DNA of 64,000 bases, from positions 26,999 through 90,998 of the forward strand of contig CAYPXO010000001.1 in assembly GCA_964414895.1 (NCBI GenBank). The letters run 5' to 3'. The position numbers and the translations under genes are program-made. Below the pieces are notes generated by a model. The model was not told the DNA's origin and searched no databases. It was given only the letters and a program-made list of their open reading frames with translations. This DNA is from an uncultured Pseudomonadales bacterium (GTDB taxonomy: Bacteria; Patescibacteriota; Microgenomatia; UBA1400; CAYNMC01). Of the stretch, positions 27,493 through 38,057 are shown one piece after another; the first letter of the stretch is position 1; every line of letters begins with the position of its first letter.

Positions 27493-28557
27493 ATGGCAAA
27501 GCAATACGGAGGTTGGTATGACAACCCCGCAACAGGCAGAAACCAGAGATGGTGGGGGGAGGGTATTTGGACAGAAGGAGAAGAACCCGCAGGAGGCGGA
27601 CAGCAATCAGTAGGAAGCCTAGCCACAGGACTGGGTAGCTTGGGCAGCATGAGCAATTTATTCGGTTATGACCTGGGAACGCTGCAAACAAACTTTCAAG
27701 ACACCTACAGCAAACTGCAGGGAGCAGAATCAGAGCTGCAGGGATACCAAACGAGGCGCTACGAGGAGGAATACAGCAAAGCAGGACTGGAGGGAATCAA
27801 AGGAGAAATCGACAAGCTAGACACCAGCATCTCAACGGAAAAGAACCTAAGAGACGAATCGGTAGCCAAAGTTAGGAAAAACCCAGGTTACTCGGCAGCG
27901 ACGATAACAGGAGAAGTCGGCGAAATTCAAAGACTGGCAAACGCCAAAATCAACAATTTAATCGACGAGAGAAACACGAAAGCAGGCACATACAACGCCA
28001 AACTCGGAGAAATCACCAACAAAGTCGGCATGGAAACAAGAGACAAAGAAGCATCAGTCAACAGCATGAGATACAACCTACAATTCCTGGGAGGCTTATT
28101 AGACACCTACCAAAAGACAAGAACGGCAGAACTGGCAGCAAAAACAGAATCAGAGCGATGGGAGAAGGAATTCGAACTCAAACTCTACAGCGCACAGACA
28201 TCCAGAATCAGCGCCACGAAAGCAGGCGGAGCAACGAGAGCCATGCAGCAGGTTAAAGACGCCTGGGGCAATGTGGTCGGATACTTTGACCCAGTAAGCG
28301 GAAAGACAGTCTACTACGAGCAAGCAGGAGGCGGAGAGGCAGCAGCAGCACAAACAGTGGCATCAAGCGGATTGAGAATGAAAATCAGGAACGCCTGGAA
28401 GCAAGGATACACAGCCGATCAACTTAAAAGCGCCTACGGAGGAGCGATCACGGATAAAGGAGAAAATGTCTCAAACATCATCGACGACGAATGGAGAATA
28501 AAAACAGCAACAGGAGTCGGTGGCTTCTTAGGCAGGCTGTTCAGGCTAGGAGTCTAA
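27493..28557 (+). CDS. Putative ejection (internal virion) protein
   Basis: Helical/coiled-coil; sits before the giant ejection protein. Confidence 0.6.
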   Translation: MAKQYGGWYDNPATGRNQRWWGEGIWTEGEEPAGGGQQSVGSLATGLGSLGSMSNLFGYDLGTLQTNFQDTYSKLQGAESELQGYQTRRYEEEYSKAGLEGIKGEIDKLDTSISTEKNLRDESVAKVRKNPGYSAATITGEVGEIQRLANAKINNLIDERNTKAGTYNAKLGEITNKVGMETRDKEASVNSMRYNLQFLGGLLDTYQKTRTAELAAKTESERWEKEFELKLYSAQTSRISATKAGGATRAMQQVKDAWGNVVGYFDPVSGKTVYYEQAGGGEAAAAQTVASSGLRMKIRNAWKQGYTADQLKSAYGGAITDKGENVSNIIDDEWRIKTATGVGGFLGRLFRLGV

Positions 28558-28615
28558 CCACTCCCCAACCGCAAGCTAATGCCATGAAGCCCATCGAAAG
28601 AAGGGTAAAAAGACT

Positions 28616-31600
28616 ATGCCGACATTTTGGGATCAACTAAAAACAAACATACTAAGCCCTTTAGAAAAGGGAGTGTCCTCTATTGGTCAAACTTTGGGGG
28701 ATATTTTCAAGCCAGTAGGAGGGGCAGTCAGCGATCTATTCAAGCCAATCGGAACACTTAAACCAGAGCAGTCTGAATTTGCCATTAAAACAGAACAAGG
28801 CGAATACAGACCTTACACCAGCATCTATGCGGAATCAGCAGCACAAATGATAGGTCTTGGTGCAAGGGAAACTGATTTTTGGGAAAGACTCCCCCACGCA
28901 ACACTGGGGGCGGTCAAAGGATTTGGGGTGGGAGTAGCCAAAGCCCTCACCCTCGGCTGGTGGCAGCCAGAGGTTAAATATACCCACGACGCAGAAAAGA
29001 TGGCAGGCGAGCTGACCGAAATCGAGGGAGAGATTATGGGAACTATCGGGACATTCCTGATCGGCGGGGAGATCGTTCAGGCAGTGGGCAGAGGCATTCC
29101 CGCCGTCGCAAAATTCGCTCAGATCGCCCCCAAAACCTACCAGCTATTAACTAGCGGAGTCACCTTCGCAGGATTAGGGCAAGCGCACCACGACGCTACC
29201 CTGCTTGATGCACAAGGCAGAGCAAAAACATTCGTGGCAGACTTCGCCCTGGGCGGAGCATACTCGCTGGCGGGCATGAACCCAAACTACTTCAAAGGGA
29301 CAGGCATTATCGCCCCAGCAGCCTATGTCACTTCACTAATTAAGGGTGACACACCAGAAGACGCATTGAAAACAACGGCAGCCGTGATCGGACTGCATTC
29401 AATCAACTTCGCTCTAGCAAAAGCCTTCCCATCAAAAGCCGAGCAGCTGAGAAGAAACATGGACAAAGCAGCAACTGAGCAACTAGGAGTGACCAGAGCG
29501 CAAGCCAGAGAATACCTGGGAGTGACTGAAAAAATGTCGCCAGCAGAAATCAAGAAAGCCTGGCACAAAAAAGTGATCGAAATAACAAAGAGCTTCCCAG
29601 CCTATGTGGAGATGACACCCCAGCAAAATGCTAAATACACGGCAGACTACAACACCGCCAACCGAGCTTATGAGTTTTTAGCAAAGGTGCAAAACCCGAC
29701 AGGCTATACAGGCAAAACCTTCCGAAAAGAATTTGAGGACTTATTCTACGAACTCTGGGTAAAAGTCCCAGACAAGCGGGCATTGGTGGTCAGCGCCGTC
29801 AGAAACATGCCTGCAGGATTATCGATCCGATCCACCCTAACCCCAGAGCAAAGAGCGCAGATTATAGAAAAATTGGGAGGAGAAGAAGTCAAGACCAAAT
29901 TCGGATTGACGGCAGGCAAACTGACAAACCAGGACTTAATTACATTGGCAAAAGAAAAGAAAATCGAGGTGACACCGAGCAAAATAACACCAGAAAAAGC
30001 GATCACGAAAGCACCAGAGCCAAAAGTAGAACGCAAAGAAATCTGGTCACTCCCTGGCGACTTAATGCCAGCCAGAGGCAAGCCCACCTGGAAGCATAGC
30101 AAAATGCTCTGGAACACCATGCGCAATCAATACGGCATGACCAACACCTGGAGCAAAGACATCACTGTAAACAAAGGGGCGGTTTCCTGGATTATCGACA
30201 CCCTCGAAAACGGACTGGCAAGCAAAAAGGATTTAATGACCGAAGCCAGAAAAACCAAAGGTATCCGCATGGACAGCAGGCAATACAAAAAGCTCTACGC
30301 CATGTTTAAGTCCAGAGATTATGACATCGAAGGCTACAAGAAAGTGATGTCGGTTTTGAAAGGAATTAAACCAGCGATAATTGAAAAAACCATTGAGCCT
30401 GCAAAATCAGCACCAAAAGCCCCGCCAATCAAACTAAAAACAGCTGAGGAGTTGATAAAAGAGGATAGATTAAGACCCCAAACTTCAGGATTCGGGCAAG
30501 GAAAATTCTGGCAATACAGAGCTGAGGACGGCATTTATACAGTAGCCCCAAATAAAGAGGAAGCGATAAAAAGAGCCAACGAAGCCCTGGCAGCAAAACC
30601 AAGCAAACCAGCAACCAAGCCCATATCGAAACCAGAGCCAGAGGTGCAGCCAACCGAAGGCTTCCAATTTGATGCTGACTCAACCGCCAAAGCAGGAAAA
30701 GTCACAGTCAAAGACCCTGGTATTTTTGAGAAAGGCACGCTATTCAGACAGAAAGGGAAAGATGCGGGAGTATCCTACTTGATGGGCAAGAACACCCAAA
30801 CAGGCAATACAGAAGTCCAGACAATTTACTTCGACAAAAAGCTATTCACTGAGGGGGAGGCAGCCAAGTGGTGGACGAAAAACGGCGATAAATTCACCAA
30901 ACCTTGGAGCATTAAAGAGGAAAAACTGCCAGCAAAGCCAGAACCGAAACCAGCAGCCAAGCCAAAAGAAACACTGGCAGGGCGCTTTTATCACGGCACA
31001 TCAAGAGAAGCAGCCCAAGCGATCCAAAAAGAAGGCTTTGTCATTGAGAGCTTCGAAGAAGGCAGAGGATTAGGCAATGCAATCTACCTCAGCCCGAAAC
31101 CAGAATACGCCAGAAACTACGCCATCAAAGGCGGGATCAGCAAAGAAGGCGAGATCATGGGAGTGGTGTTGGAGACAAAAGTAAAAGTCGACAATGTCCT
31201 CCGCTTAAAAGACGCAGCAGCCAGGAGAAAACTCGCTGACCTTGCCATGAAAGAAACAGGCTTGCCAGAAGACGAGGCATTGACAAAATATGTTCAAGAC
31301 CAGGGCTACGATGCCATTCTCACCCAGGAGGATATTATCGGCACGGCGACTCCATCGCTGGCAATTTTTGATCCCAGTAAAATCAAAGTGGTAGGGATCG
31401 CCGAACCAGTAATGGCAGGCGAAAAACCGACTCCATTGCCAAAAAGAGATGGCAAATTCACGGCGCAGGAAAAGAAGGCAGCCAAAGCCGAGGAGATCAG
31501 ACTTAAATACCGACCAGAAGAAAAAGAGTTGTTAGAAGCAGAGCGAGTCCCCAGCGTCGGCGAGATTATGAAAAGCAAGAAATTCCAGGATCGTATAAAA

Positions 31601-34339
31601 GGCAAGGTCAAGGCGTCGAGCCAGATGAGATTGGATGAGGCAAAGCCTGCACCTCCAGGAAGCCCGCCAAGACCGCCAAAAGAAGTGCCTATCGCTCAAG
31701 CCCCTCCTCCACCAGAAGGAAGCGGACTGGAGGCAATCGACAAAATGGTCGGCAAAGTCGGCGCACCGCAAAAAATAGGAGAATTCCTCAAAGGACTAAC
31801 GCCTAAATTCAGACGCAATTTTACCGACAGATTTGCCTTAATGAAAGACTTCGAGGAAAAAGTGAGCAAGCTACAAGGGCAGCCAATCGACATCAACTCC
31901 AGTCCCTATGTGGCAGCCAGACTGTATGCGGGCAGATTCGGGACGATAGAGGCAGCCTTCCGAGATTTGCAAAAGATCGTCACACCAGTGAGGAAACATC
32001 GACCAGACTTCACCCGCTATGTGTTGGCACAGCGTGCCATCGAAAGAGCGGATCGGGGCTTTGATAACCCTGCAGGAGTGACCAAAGAGCAGGCAGAGCT
32101 GGCACTCACCGAGCTGAAAGCCAAAGTTGGTGACAAGGTTTATAAGCAATTCGAGCAAGGAGGGCAAGCGATCCAAAACTGGTCGATCAGACAAATCCTA
32201 GAACCAATGCGAGACACAGGGTTGATCAGCAAAAAGGCATTCAACGCCATAGTTGAAAAGAATAAAAACTGGATGCCGTTCCATGTCCTCGACTACCTCC
32301 CCGATACCAAACAAGCAGACCAGATGCAATCGGGCAGCGAAACCTTCTCGGTCAGCAAACAGGGCGTGATTAAAGGATTAAAAGGCACGGAGAAAATCAT
32401 CCGTGACCCCTTCGAATCAATAGTCGATAACCTAAGCAAAGCTATCAGCCTAACCAAGAGAAATGAGGTGGCACGCAAGCTCATTGACCTAAGAAAAACC
32501 CACCCAGAAGCAAAAGAGTCTATAAAATACCTGCACAAAAACGCCAAAGCCCCCAAAGATTGGGACACCATCAGCGCATTTATTAACGGCAAGGTAACCC
32601 GCTGGGCTGTGCCAAAAGGGTTGAGTGACGCCATGCACTCCATGAGTCCAGTCGAAGCGGGACTCTTGGGTAAACTGGCGAAGACATCAACCAAAGCATT
32701 CAAAGCAGGAGTGACGACTTTTTACATTCCCTTCACCCTAACCAATGCCATCAGGGACTACCAGACAGCAACAGTCGTCAACAAATGGGGATTCAACCCA
32801 GTGACCTGGCTATCGGGATTCAAAGACAGCATTAAAGGAGCATTCAGGTGGGATTCAAAAGCCTACGACGAATTCCTGCGCAACGAGGGAGGCTACGGAG
32901 GCTACATCGGCAGCACCAGACAGCTCTCGATAGCAGCCAAAGAGTTATTTACACCGAGCTGGTGGACAAAAACAAAAGCGGTCATCAACCCTCTTAATTT
33001 GATCAGCAACTTCGCCGAGGCAATCGAACTGTCGCCAAGACTGGGAATTTATAAAAAGGGAATTAAAAAGCCAGGAGTGACCGAGTTGGAGGCAGCCTTC
33101 GAAGCCAGAAACTCGACTGTCGACTTTGCAAAATCAGGTAAAGAGATGCGGATTATCAACCAGTGGATTCCCTTTGTAAACGCCAGGTGGCAAGGAGTCC
33201 TCAGAGTCAAAGACGCCTTCAAAGAGCATCCGTTCAAATCGGCAATAAAAGCAATGGCAATGATTGTCATGCCAGGAGTGGCAACCTATTTTTACAACAT
33301 CCTCAATTACGAAGAACTGTGGGATGACATCCCCCAGTGGGCAAAAGATAACTACTTCATCGTTATTCTAGGATCGGAGCTGGATGAAGAAGGCAAAACA
33401 GTCCCAAAGGTGCTGCAGATTCCCAAAGGCGACATGGGGCAGATTTTTTTCAATCCCCTGCAATACACCTTTGAGTATGTCAGAAAGCAAGAACCGCAAA
33501 ACCTATTTAAACTAGCCTTAGAGTGGACAAGCCAAATCTCCCCGATCCCATTCACCAGGGACGGCGAATTATCGGGCAGCTCATTCCTGGCTGGGGCGCT
33601 ACCGCCAGCATTGAAAACCCTGGTCGAGGAAGTCACTAACATGAACCTATTTACAGGCTTCCCGCTCATTCCAAGAAAACTGGAGAAGGTCGCCCCAACC
33701 GAGCAATACAACGAAAGGACTCCAGGTGTGGCAGTAGGAATTGGGCGAGCCGTCGGCATCAGCCCAATGAGACTGGCTCATGTCGCAAGCGGATTGTTCG
33801 GCTCAAGCAGCAGGTATGTTTATAACCCAGCTGACCTGCTCGGTTTATCAGTAAAAAGATTTGTCAGAACTCAGGGCGGGGCAAAAGAAAGAGAAGCCTG
33901 GAAGGTGCGGGATGAAGCCGAAATCGGCTATAACACCACCCGACTATTCGTCCAGCAAGCGCTGCAAGCAGGTGATCTGCAGAAAGCCCAGAGCCTGGCA
34001 ACCGAGTGGAATAACAAAGTTCAGCAATACATTCCCCAGATTGTGCCTTACCTGATGGCAGACGATCCGAAAGAGGCGGTGAGCTTCCAGAAAAGCATCA
34101 TGTTTGACGCTGCAGACCTAAGACGACTTATGAAGCTTAATGCTCCTCCAGGAGCAGCGCTAAAGCCACCCAGTCGAGCCGTAGGCACACCTTCAAGGCA
34201 AGCTGACCCATTAGGGATATTCGGAGGGCAAAGTCCAGCAGGAGCGCCTCCAACACCGACAGGGACACAACCGACGATGGGGCAAATGTTCCCGACAGAG
34301 GGAGGAGGACAAAACGATCCACTAGGATTGTTTAAGTAA
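28616..34339 (+). CDS. Large polyvalent ejection protein (J-like, ADP-ribosyltransferase-like and LPD38-like domains)
   Basis: AREYLGV...EIKKAW...NRAYEFL; FYHGT...EGF...LGNAIYLS...YA...GYDAI; WDDIPQWAKDNYF..IPK. Confidence 0.75.
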   Translation: MPTFWDQLKTNILSPLEKGVSSIGQTLGDIFKPVGGAVSDLFKPIGTLKPEQSEFAIKTEQGEYRPYTSIYAESAAQMIGLGARETDFWERLPHATLGAVKGFGVGVAKALTLGWWQPEVKYTHDAEKMAGELTEIEGEIMGTIGTFLIGGEIVQAVGRGIPAVAKFAQIAPKTYQLLTSGVTFAGLGQAHHDATLLDAQGRAKTFVADFALGGAYSLAGMNPNYFKGTGIIAPAAYVTSLIKGDTPEDALKTTAAVIGLHSINFALAKAFPSKAEQLRRNMDKAATEQLGVTRAQAREYLGVTEKMSPAEIKKAWHKKVIEITKSFPAYVEMTPQQNAKYTADYNTANRAYEFLAKVQNPTGYTGKTFRKEFEDLFYELWVKVPDKRALVVSAVRNMPAGLSIRSTLTPEQRAQIIEKLGGEEVKTKFGLTAGKLTNQDLITLAKEKKIEVTPSKITPEKAITKAPEPKVERKEIWSLPGDLMPARGKPTWKHSKMLWNTMRNQYGMTNTWSKDITVNKGAVSWIIDTLENGLASKKDLMTEARKTKGIRMDSRQYKKLYAMFKSRDYDIEGYKKVMSVLKGIKPAIIEKTIEPAKSAPKAPPIKLKTAEELIKEDRLRPQTSGFGQGKFWQYRAEDGIYTVAPNKEEAIKRANEALAAKPSKPATKPISKPEPEVQPTEGFQFDADSTAKAGKVTVKDPGIFEKGTLFRQKGKDAGVSYLMGKNTQTGNTEVQTIYFDKKLFTEGEAAKWWTKNGDKFTKPWSIKEEKLPAKPEPKPAAKPKETLAGRFYHGTSREAAQAIQKEGFVIESFEEGRGLGNAIYLSPKPEYARNYAIKGGISKEGEIMGVVLETKVKVDNVLRLKDAAARRKLADLAMKETGLPEDEALTKYVQDQGYDAILTQEDIIGTATPSLAIFDPSKIKVVGIAEPVMAGEKPTPLPKRDGKFTAQEKKAAKAEEIRLKYRPEEKELLEAERVPSVGEIMKSKKFQDRIKGKVKASSQMRLDEAKPAPPGSPPRPPKEVPIAQAPPPPEGSGLEAIDKMVGKVGAPQKIGEFLKGLTPKFRRNFTDRFALMKDFEEKVSKLQGQPIDINSSPYVAARLYAGRFGTIEAAFRDLQKIVTPVRKHRPDFTRYVLAQRAIERADRGFDNPAGVTKEQAELALTELKAKVGDKVYKQFEQGGQAIQNWSIRQILEPMRDTGLISKKAFNAIVEKNKNWMPFHVLDYLPDTKQADQMQSGSETFSVSKQGVIKGLKGTEKIIRDPFESIVDNLSKAISLTKRNEVARKLIDLRKTHPEAKESIKYLHKNAKAPKDWDTISAFINGKVTRWAVPKGLSDAMHSMSPVEAGLLGKLAKTSTKAFKAGVTTFYIPFTLTNAIRDYQTATVVNKWGFNPVTWLSGFKDSIKGAFRWDSKAYDEFLRNEGGYGGYIGSTRQLSIAAKELFTPSWWTKTKAVINPLNLISNFAEAIELSPRLGIYKKGIKKPGVTELEAAFEARNSTVDFAKSGKEMRIINQWIPFVNARWQGVLRVKDAFKEHPFKSAIKAMAMIVMPGVATYFYNILNYEELWDDIPQWAKDNYFIVILGSELDEEGKTVPKVLQIPKGDMGQIFFNPLQYTFEYVRKQEPQNLFKLALEWTSQISPIPFTRDGELSGSSFLAGALPPALKTLVEEVTNMNLFTGFPLIPRKLEKVAPTEQYNERTPGVAVGIGRAVGISPMRLAHVASGLFGSSSRYVYNPADLLGLSVKRFVRTQGGAKEREAWKVRDEAEIGYNTTRLFVQQALQAGDLQKAQSLATEWNNKVQQYIPQIVPYLMADDPKEAVSFQKSIMFDAADLRRLMKLNAPPGAALKPPSRAVGTPSRQADPLGIFGGQSPAGAPPTPTGTQPTMGQMFPTEGGGQNDPLGLFK

Positions 34340-34343
34340 ACCT

Positions 34344-35465
34344 ATGAAAAAGAAACTAAAACTACCAATCACATTCAGCCAAAACGATCCCAGGTGGAAG
34401 AACAGCCCACTAGGGACTAAAGGGACGATAGGAAATTACGGCTGCCTCATGGTTGACGGCACGATGGTGGTTAACTACTACGGCTTCCGAGAAACACCGC
34501 TGACCATGAACCAGAAACTGACAGAGAACGGCGGATACATGAGTGGCAACCTGTTCGTGTGGGGGGCAATCCCCAAGCTATTCCCAGGGCTGAAATACAA
34601 AGGAAAATGGTCAAATAAAAACCCACTGACTCAAGCCCAAATGAACCAGATTAGAGAGGCAATTAACAAAGGCTACCCAGTATTCCTGCAAATTGACACC
34701 ATTCCTTCAACCTCAGCTTTAGACGAACACTGGGTGCTGGCAATCGGTTACGACGGCGATGACTTTATAATTCAAGACCCCTGGGACGGAGCAGAAAAAA
34801 GAATCACCAGCTGGGGTGTGACACCGCAAAAGCTAATTTATTCTTGGTGTTGGTATGAAGGCAAACCAGCTGAAACCGATCCAGCAGAAGGCTGCTTAGT
34901 GCCAAACACCCCAGAGTGGCGAGAAAAATACGAGGACATCGTCAGCTCAGCCACGAAATGGGCAGACTCCCTCAAGATTATGGAGATCGAAGGCGACCCA
35001 TCAACGACCCCAACCGACAAAGTTAAGAGTGTCATTGCAGGGTATAAATCAAGGGAAACTGATCTTAAAAACCAGCTCAGCGATAGACAAAAAGACCTGG
35101 ATGTTGCCAACCAGGAAATTAAAAACCGCATAGAACAAGTTAGCAGACTGGAAGGCGATCTGCGAGAAAAGGATAAATACTATAAAGACCTTATCAATGC
35201 GCTAAAATCGGACATCAAAAATCTGCCAAAAATACTGGAGCAAGCGCAGGGTAGGATCGGGGTGCTGGAGGGGGAAGTCGACGAAGCCAACAAAGCCAAA
35301 GGCAGGGCGCTAAACCAGGCAGCAGAGTATAAAAGTCGCCTTGAAACCTGCGAAAAAGGACAACTGCCAGTGCCAACAAAGAACCTAATAAATACAGCAA
35401 TAGAAATTTTGATTAACCTAATCAAGGATTTTTTCAAAAAGAAGGAGGTGAAAAAAGATGGGTAG
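34344..35465 (+). CDS. Endolysin: C39-like peptidase plus long coiled coil
   Basis: FSQNDPRW...GC; HWVLAIG; IQDPW catalytic Cys/His/Asp pattern. Confidence 0.75.
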   Translation: MKKKLKLPITFSQNDPRWKNSPLGTKGTIGNYGCLMVDGTMVVNYYGFRETPLTMNQKLTENGGYMSGNLFVWGAIPKLFPGLKYKGKWSNKNPLTQAQMNQIREAINKGYPVFLQIDTIPSTSALDEHWVLAIGYDGDDFIIQDPWDGAEKRITSWGVTPQKLIYSWCWYEGKPAETDPAEGCLVPNTPEWREKYEDIVSSATKWADSLKIMEIEGDPSTTPTDKVKSVIAGYKSRETDLKNQLSDRQKDLDVANQEIKNRIEQVSRLEGDLREKDKYYKDLINALKSDIKNLPKILEQAQGRIGVLEGEVDEANKAKGRALNQAAEYKSRLETCEKGQLPVPTKNLINTAIEILINLIKDFFKKKEVKKDG

Positions 35466-35739
35466 TTTTAGTGATATCGGCAAAGCATATCCAGAGTGGA
35501 AGAAGGATGCCTGGCAGCTCTTGCGAACCTTTATCTCGGCATTTTTAGTCGGCGGATCGATAGTTTTAATCAATGCGGGAACGGATGCATTCATGAGCTG
35601 GGCAAACTTCCTGCACCTTTTAGTCTACCCCTTCCTGCTTGCAGGAGCGGTGGCAGGAGTGAACGCCGTTGGGAAGCTGCTGCGAAGTTTATTCGGAGCA
35701 GAAACAAAAGACAGCTTAATTGATAAGCTGCCGTTCTAA
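35458..35739 (+). CDS. Putative holin
   Basis: Two TMs; RTF..AFL motif; next to the endolysin. Confidence 0.6.
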   Translation: MGSFSDIGKAYPEWKKDAWQLLRTFISAFLVGGSIVLINAGTDAFMSWANFLHLLVYPFLLAGAVAGVNAVGKLLRSLFGAETKDSLIDKLPF

Positions 35740-35761
35740 CAAAGGCGGTGAGCAGAAAAAT

Positions 35762-36013
35762 ATGGCAAAATCAAAAGAAGCAACTATGATGGACATTATC
35801 GAAAGAGTCGCCAAACTTGAGGAGCGGGTGGATGGTGGCTTTGGCTACATAAAAGAGGAGCTAAAGGATATAAAAGAGAACCACCTCTACACCCTTCAAA
35901 CAGATGTGAACGACCTTAAAATTAAGGTTAACACCCTCGCAGTAAAAATGGGGGTAATTGTGGCAGTTGTAACGATTGTAATCGACATCGCAATTCGCTT
36001 CCTTTTCAAATAA
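35762..36013 (+). CDS. Coiled-coil plus C-terminal TM protein (XhlA/holin-like)
   Basis: ERVAKLEE...NHL..L motif with terminal TM. Confidence 0.6.
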   Translation: MAKSKEATMMDIIERVAKLEERVDGGFGYIKEELKDIKENHLYTLQTDVNDLKIKVNTLAVKMGVIVAVVTIVIDIAIRFLFK

Positions 36014-36064
36014 AAATGATACAGTAAATCATAGTTAGGTCTGCGACCCAAAAAAGCAGAAATT

Positions 36065-36091
36065 GCCAGCAATTTTCAGGCTGGCTTTTTT
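36065..36091 (+). terminator. Intrinsic terminator of the late operon
   Basis: GCCAGC / GCTGGC followed by TTTTTT. Confidence 0.7.
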
Positions 36092-36279
36092 GATGCGTAG
36101 CCAGAAGACCGAAAAAGTGGACTTGACAAGTTTTTTTTACCACTCCACCAGAAGGGACTCCCCCAAATCTTCAGCGTAGACATCGCCAAAAAAAACTCAT
36201 GAGATAATTATATTAGAGCGAAACATCGGGTAAAACCATCGCTCAAGCACATTAAAAAAAGAAAGGAGGTGAAAAAAGA

Positions 36280-36459
36280 ATGAAGAATTACTATGTGAAT
36301 GTCTACGCCTTCATGCCCTACAAAAGGGAATACGACCTGAGAGTAAAAGGATCGAGGGAGGCGATTGCAATTAAAAGGGCGGTTGATCTTTTTAGGCAAT
36401 TCCCCCAGGTGAAAGGCAGACAGATCAAAGAGCTTTTTGTTAAATGCACCAGGCTCTAA
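36280..36459 (+). CDS. 59-aa basic protein (not in ORF track)
   Basis: AAGGAGGTGA SD; MKNYYVNVYAFMPYKREY...CTRL. Confidence 0.7.
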   Translation: MKNYYVNVYAFMPYKREYDLRVKGSREAIAIKRAVDLFRQFPQVKGRQIKELFVKCTRL

Positions 36460-36486
36460 AGGGAATGGGCGGGCAAAACACCCCGC

Positions 36487-36777
36487 CTATTCTCGTGCCA
36501 ATTCTCCATCCTTAGCGTGTTTTTTGACAAAATCCATCAGAAGTTCGAACCCCTCGGCGTGGTTAGTTTGAATCTTTTTCAAAATCTCCCTGCACTGGCG
36601 GACGGCTTTATCAGAACACTTATACCGCTCAGAATTCTCGCCGAACTTCTTACGATGTTTTTCTTTGATTTCGTCCAGAAAATTAAAAAAATCCTCCACC
36701 GACTCCTCAAAGGCATCAGAGAGGTTATAAGCACGAATGAGAATCTCCTGCGCTTTTTTAGTGTGATCTTTAGCCAT
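36487..36777 (-). CDS. Hypothetical protein downstream of integrase
   Basis: 96-aa helical ORF; convergent hairpin at ~36467-36487. Confidence 0.6.
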   Translation of the reverse strand: MAKDHTKKAQEILIRAYNLSDAFEESVEDFFNFLDEIKEKHRKKFGENSERYKCSDKAVRQCREILKKIQTNHAEGFELLMDFVKKHAKDGELARE

Positions 36778-36836
36778 AACAAAAAGGGCGGGCAGAAGCT
36801 ATTATACTACAAAAAAGGGGGCGGGTTACGCATTCA

Positions 36837-37925
36837 CTACGCCTTTTTTAGTGTCAGCTCAAAAGCCAACCCACCTGACTTCTCCACCAGTTTATACTCA
36901 AAACGAGCATCGTCCTGCAGCTGAAAGGATTTGATCTCCTCCTTAACATTTTTCATTATCATTTTAGGGTCTTGAGACTTGCGAATTAAGGGGTGCTTGA
37001 GCATGGCGTCCCGAAGATCGTCCGTGACCATGTGGGTGTAGATCATGGTAGTATCAACCTTGCGGTGACCGACGATCCGCTGGACTTTGGAAATCGCCAC
37101 ATCCACCCGCAGAAGCTCGGTTATAAACGAGTGACGGAAGGCATGGGCATGGAAACGGCGGTCAACATGAAGACCAGCCCGCCTAGCACGCTCCCGCAGC
37201 GCTTTATTAACCATCGTCCCGCCGACCCGACGATTGGGACTGGTGCGCCGAAAGTGCATAGAAACGAATAAGGGCGCTGTTGGTGGAGCGCCCTTGCGGT
37301 GAGCATTGACCCAAGATTTAAGTTTAATAACCATGTCGGGAGGGATCGGCACGATCCGCTGCTCGTCGGTTTTAGTCTCCCGAATAATAAACTCCTCCGA
37401 TCCAAAATTCAGGTCGCCAAGATTGAGATTAAGCACCTCCCCGACACGGCAGCCAGTCTTAGCCAGAAACTCAAAGAAGATAGACCACATCTCATCGACC
37501 TCGACATACTTAGGATACAAGTGAGGTACATCAGGGCAGTTGTTGGTGGGCTTGCGGGCAGGAGGATTGATGACCTTTTCAATCTCCTCCAGCGAAAGAG
37601 TCTGGTATAAAACGATTTTTTTCTTAGGACGCAAGGCGTTCAGGCGGGAGGTAATATCCTTAAGAGGCAAATGCTGCTCGGCAATCAGGAAGCGAATAAA
37701 GGAATTAAGGGTAGTGATGAGGACATTGATGTAGTTGGGGGAAAGGTTGGATTTTTTATAGGAGCGGATCTGGTCACGGATATTTTCAAAAGAAAAATCA
37801 CCCTCACCCAAGTCCGAGAAGAACTTCGAAAGCCACTGGCGTCTAACTTTAACAGTCTGCTCGGACAGGTCTCGATCATATTTAATGAACTCGATGTAAT
37901 CCTGCTGGAGATTCGAGTATTTCAT
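36837..37925 (-). CDS. int: Tyrosine integrase
   Basis: TGCRVGE, K, HAFRHSF, VGH, IYTH catalytic residues. Confidence 0.95.
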   Translation of the reverse strand: MKYSNLQQDYIEFIKYDRDLSEQTVKVRRQWLSKFFSDLGEGDFSFENIRDQIRSYKKSNLSPNYINVLITTLNSFIRFLIAEQHLPLKDITSRLNALRPKKKIVLYQTLSLEEIEKVINPPARKPTNNCPDVPHLYPKYVEVDEMWSIFFEFLAKTGCRVGEVLNLNLGDLNFGSEEFIIRETKTDEQRIVPIPPDMVIKLKSWVNAHRKGAPPTAPLFVSMHFRRTSPNRRVGGTMVNKALRERARRAGLHVDRRFHAHAFRHSFITELLRVDVAISKVQRIVGHRKVDTTMIYTHMVTDDLRDAMLKHPLIRKSQDPKMIMKNVKEEIKSFQLQDDARFEYKLVEKSGGLAFELTLKKA

Positions 37926-38057
37926 AGCCCTTTACGGGCAGGATTTAGATTGATTATATCAGAAAAACAACTACCACTTGACATCGTTGACTTTTTGTGA
38001 TTGACTGAAAATAGCAACATTTACATTCAGGAGTTAGCTGCCCCTTGAAGGGGAAGA

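Noticed and set aside
371-35437. Many minus-strand ORFs across the prophage
   Set aside because: Shadows of purine-rich + strand genes, without recognisable motifs.
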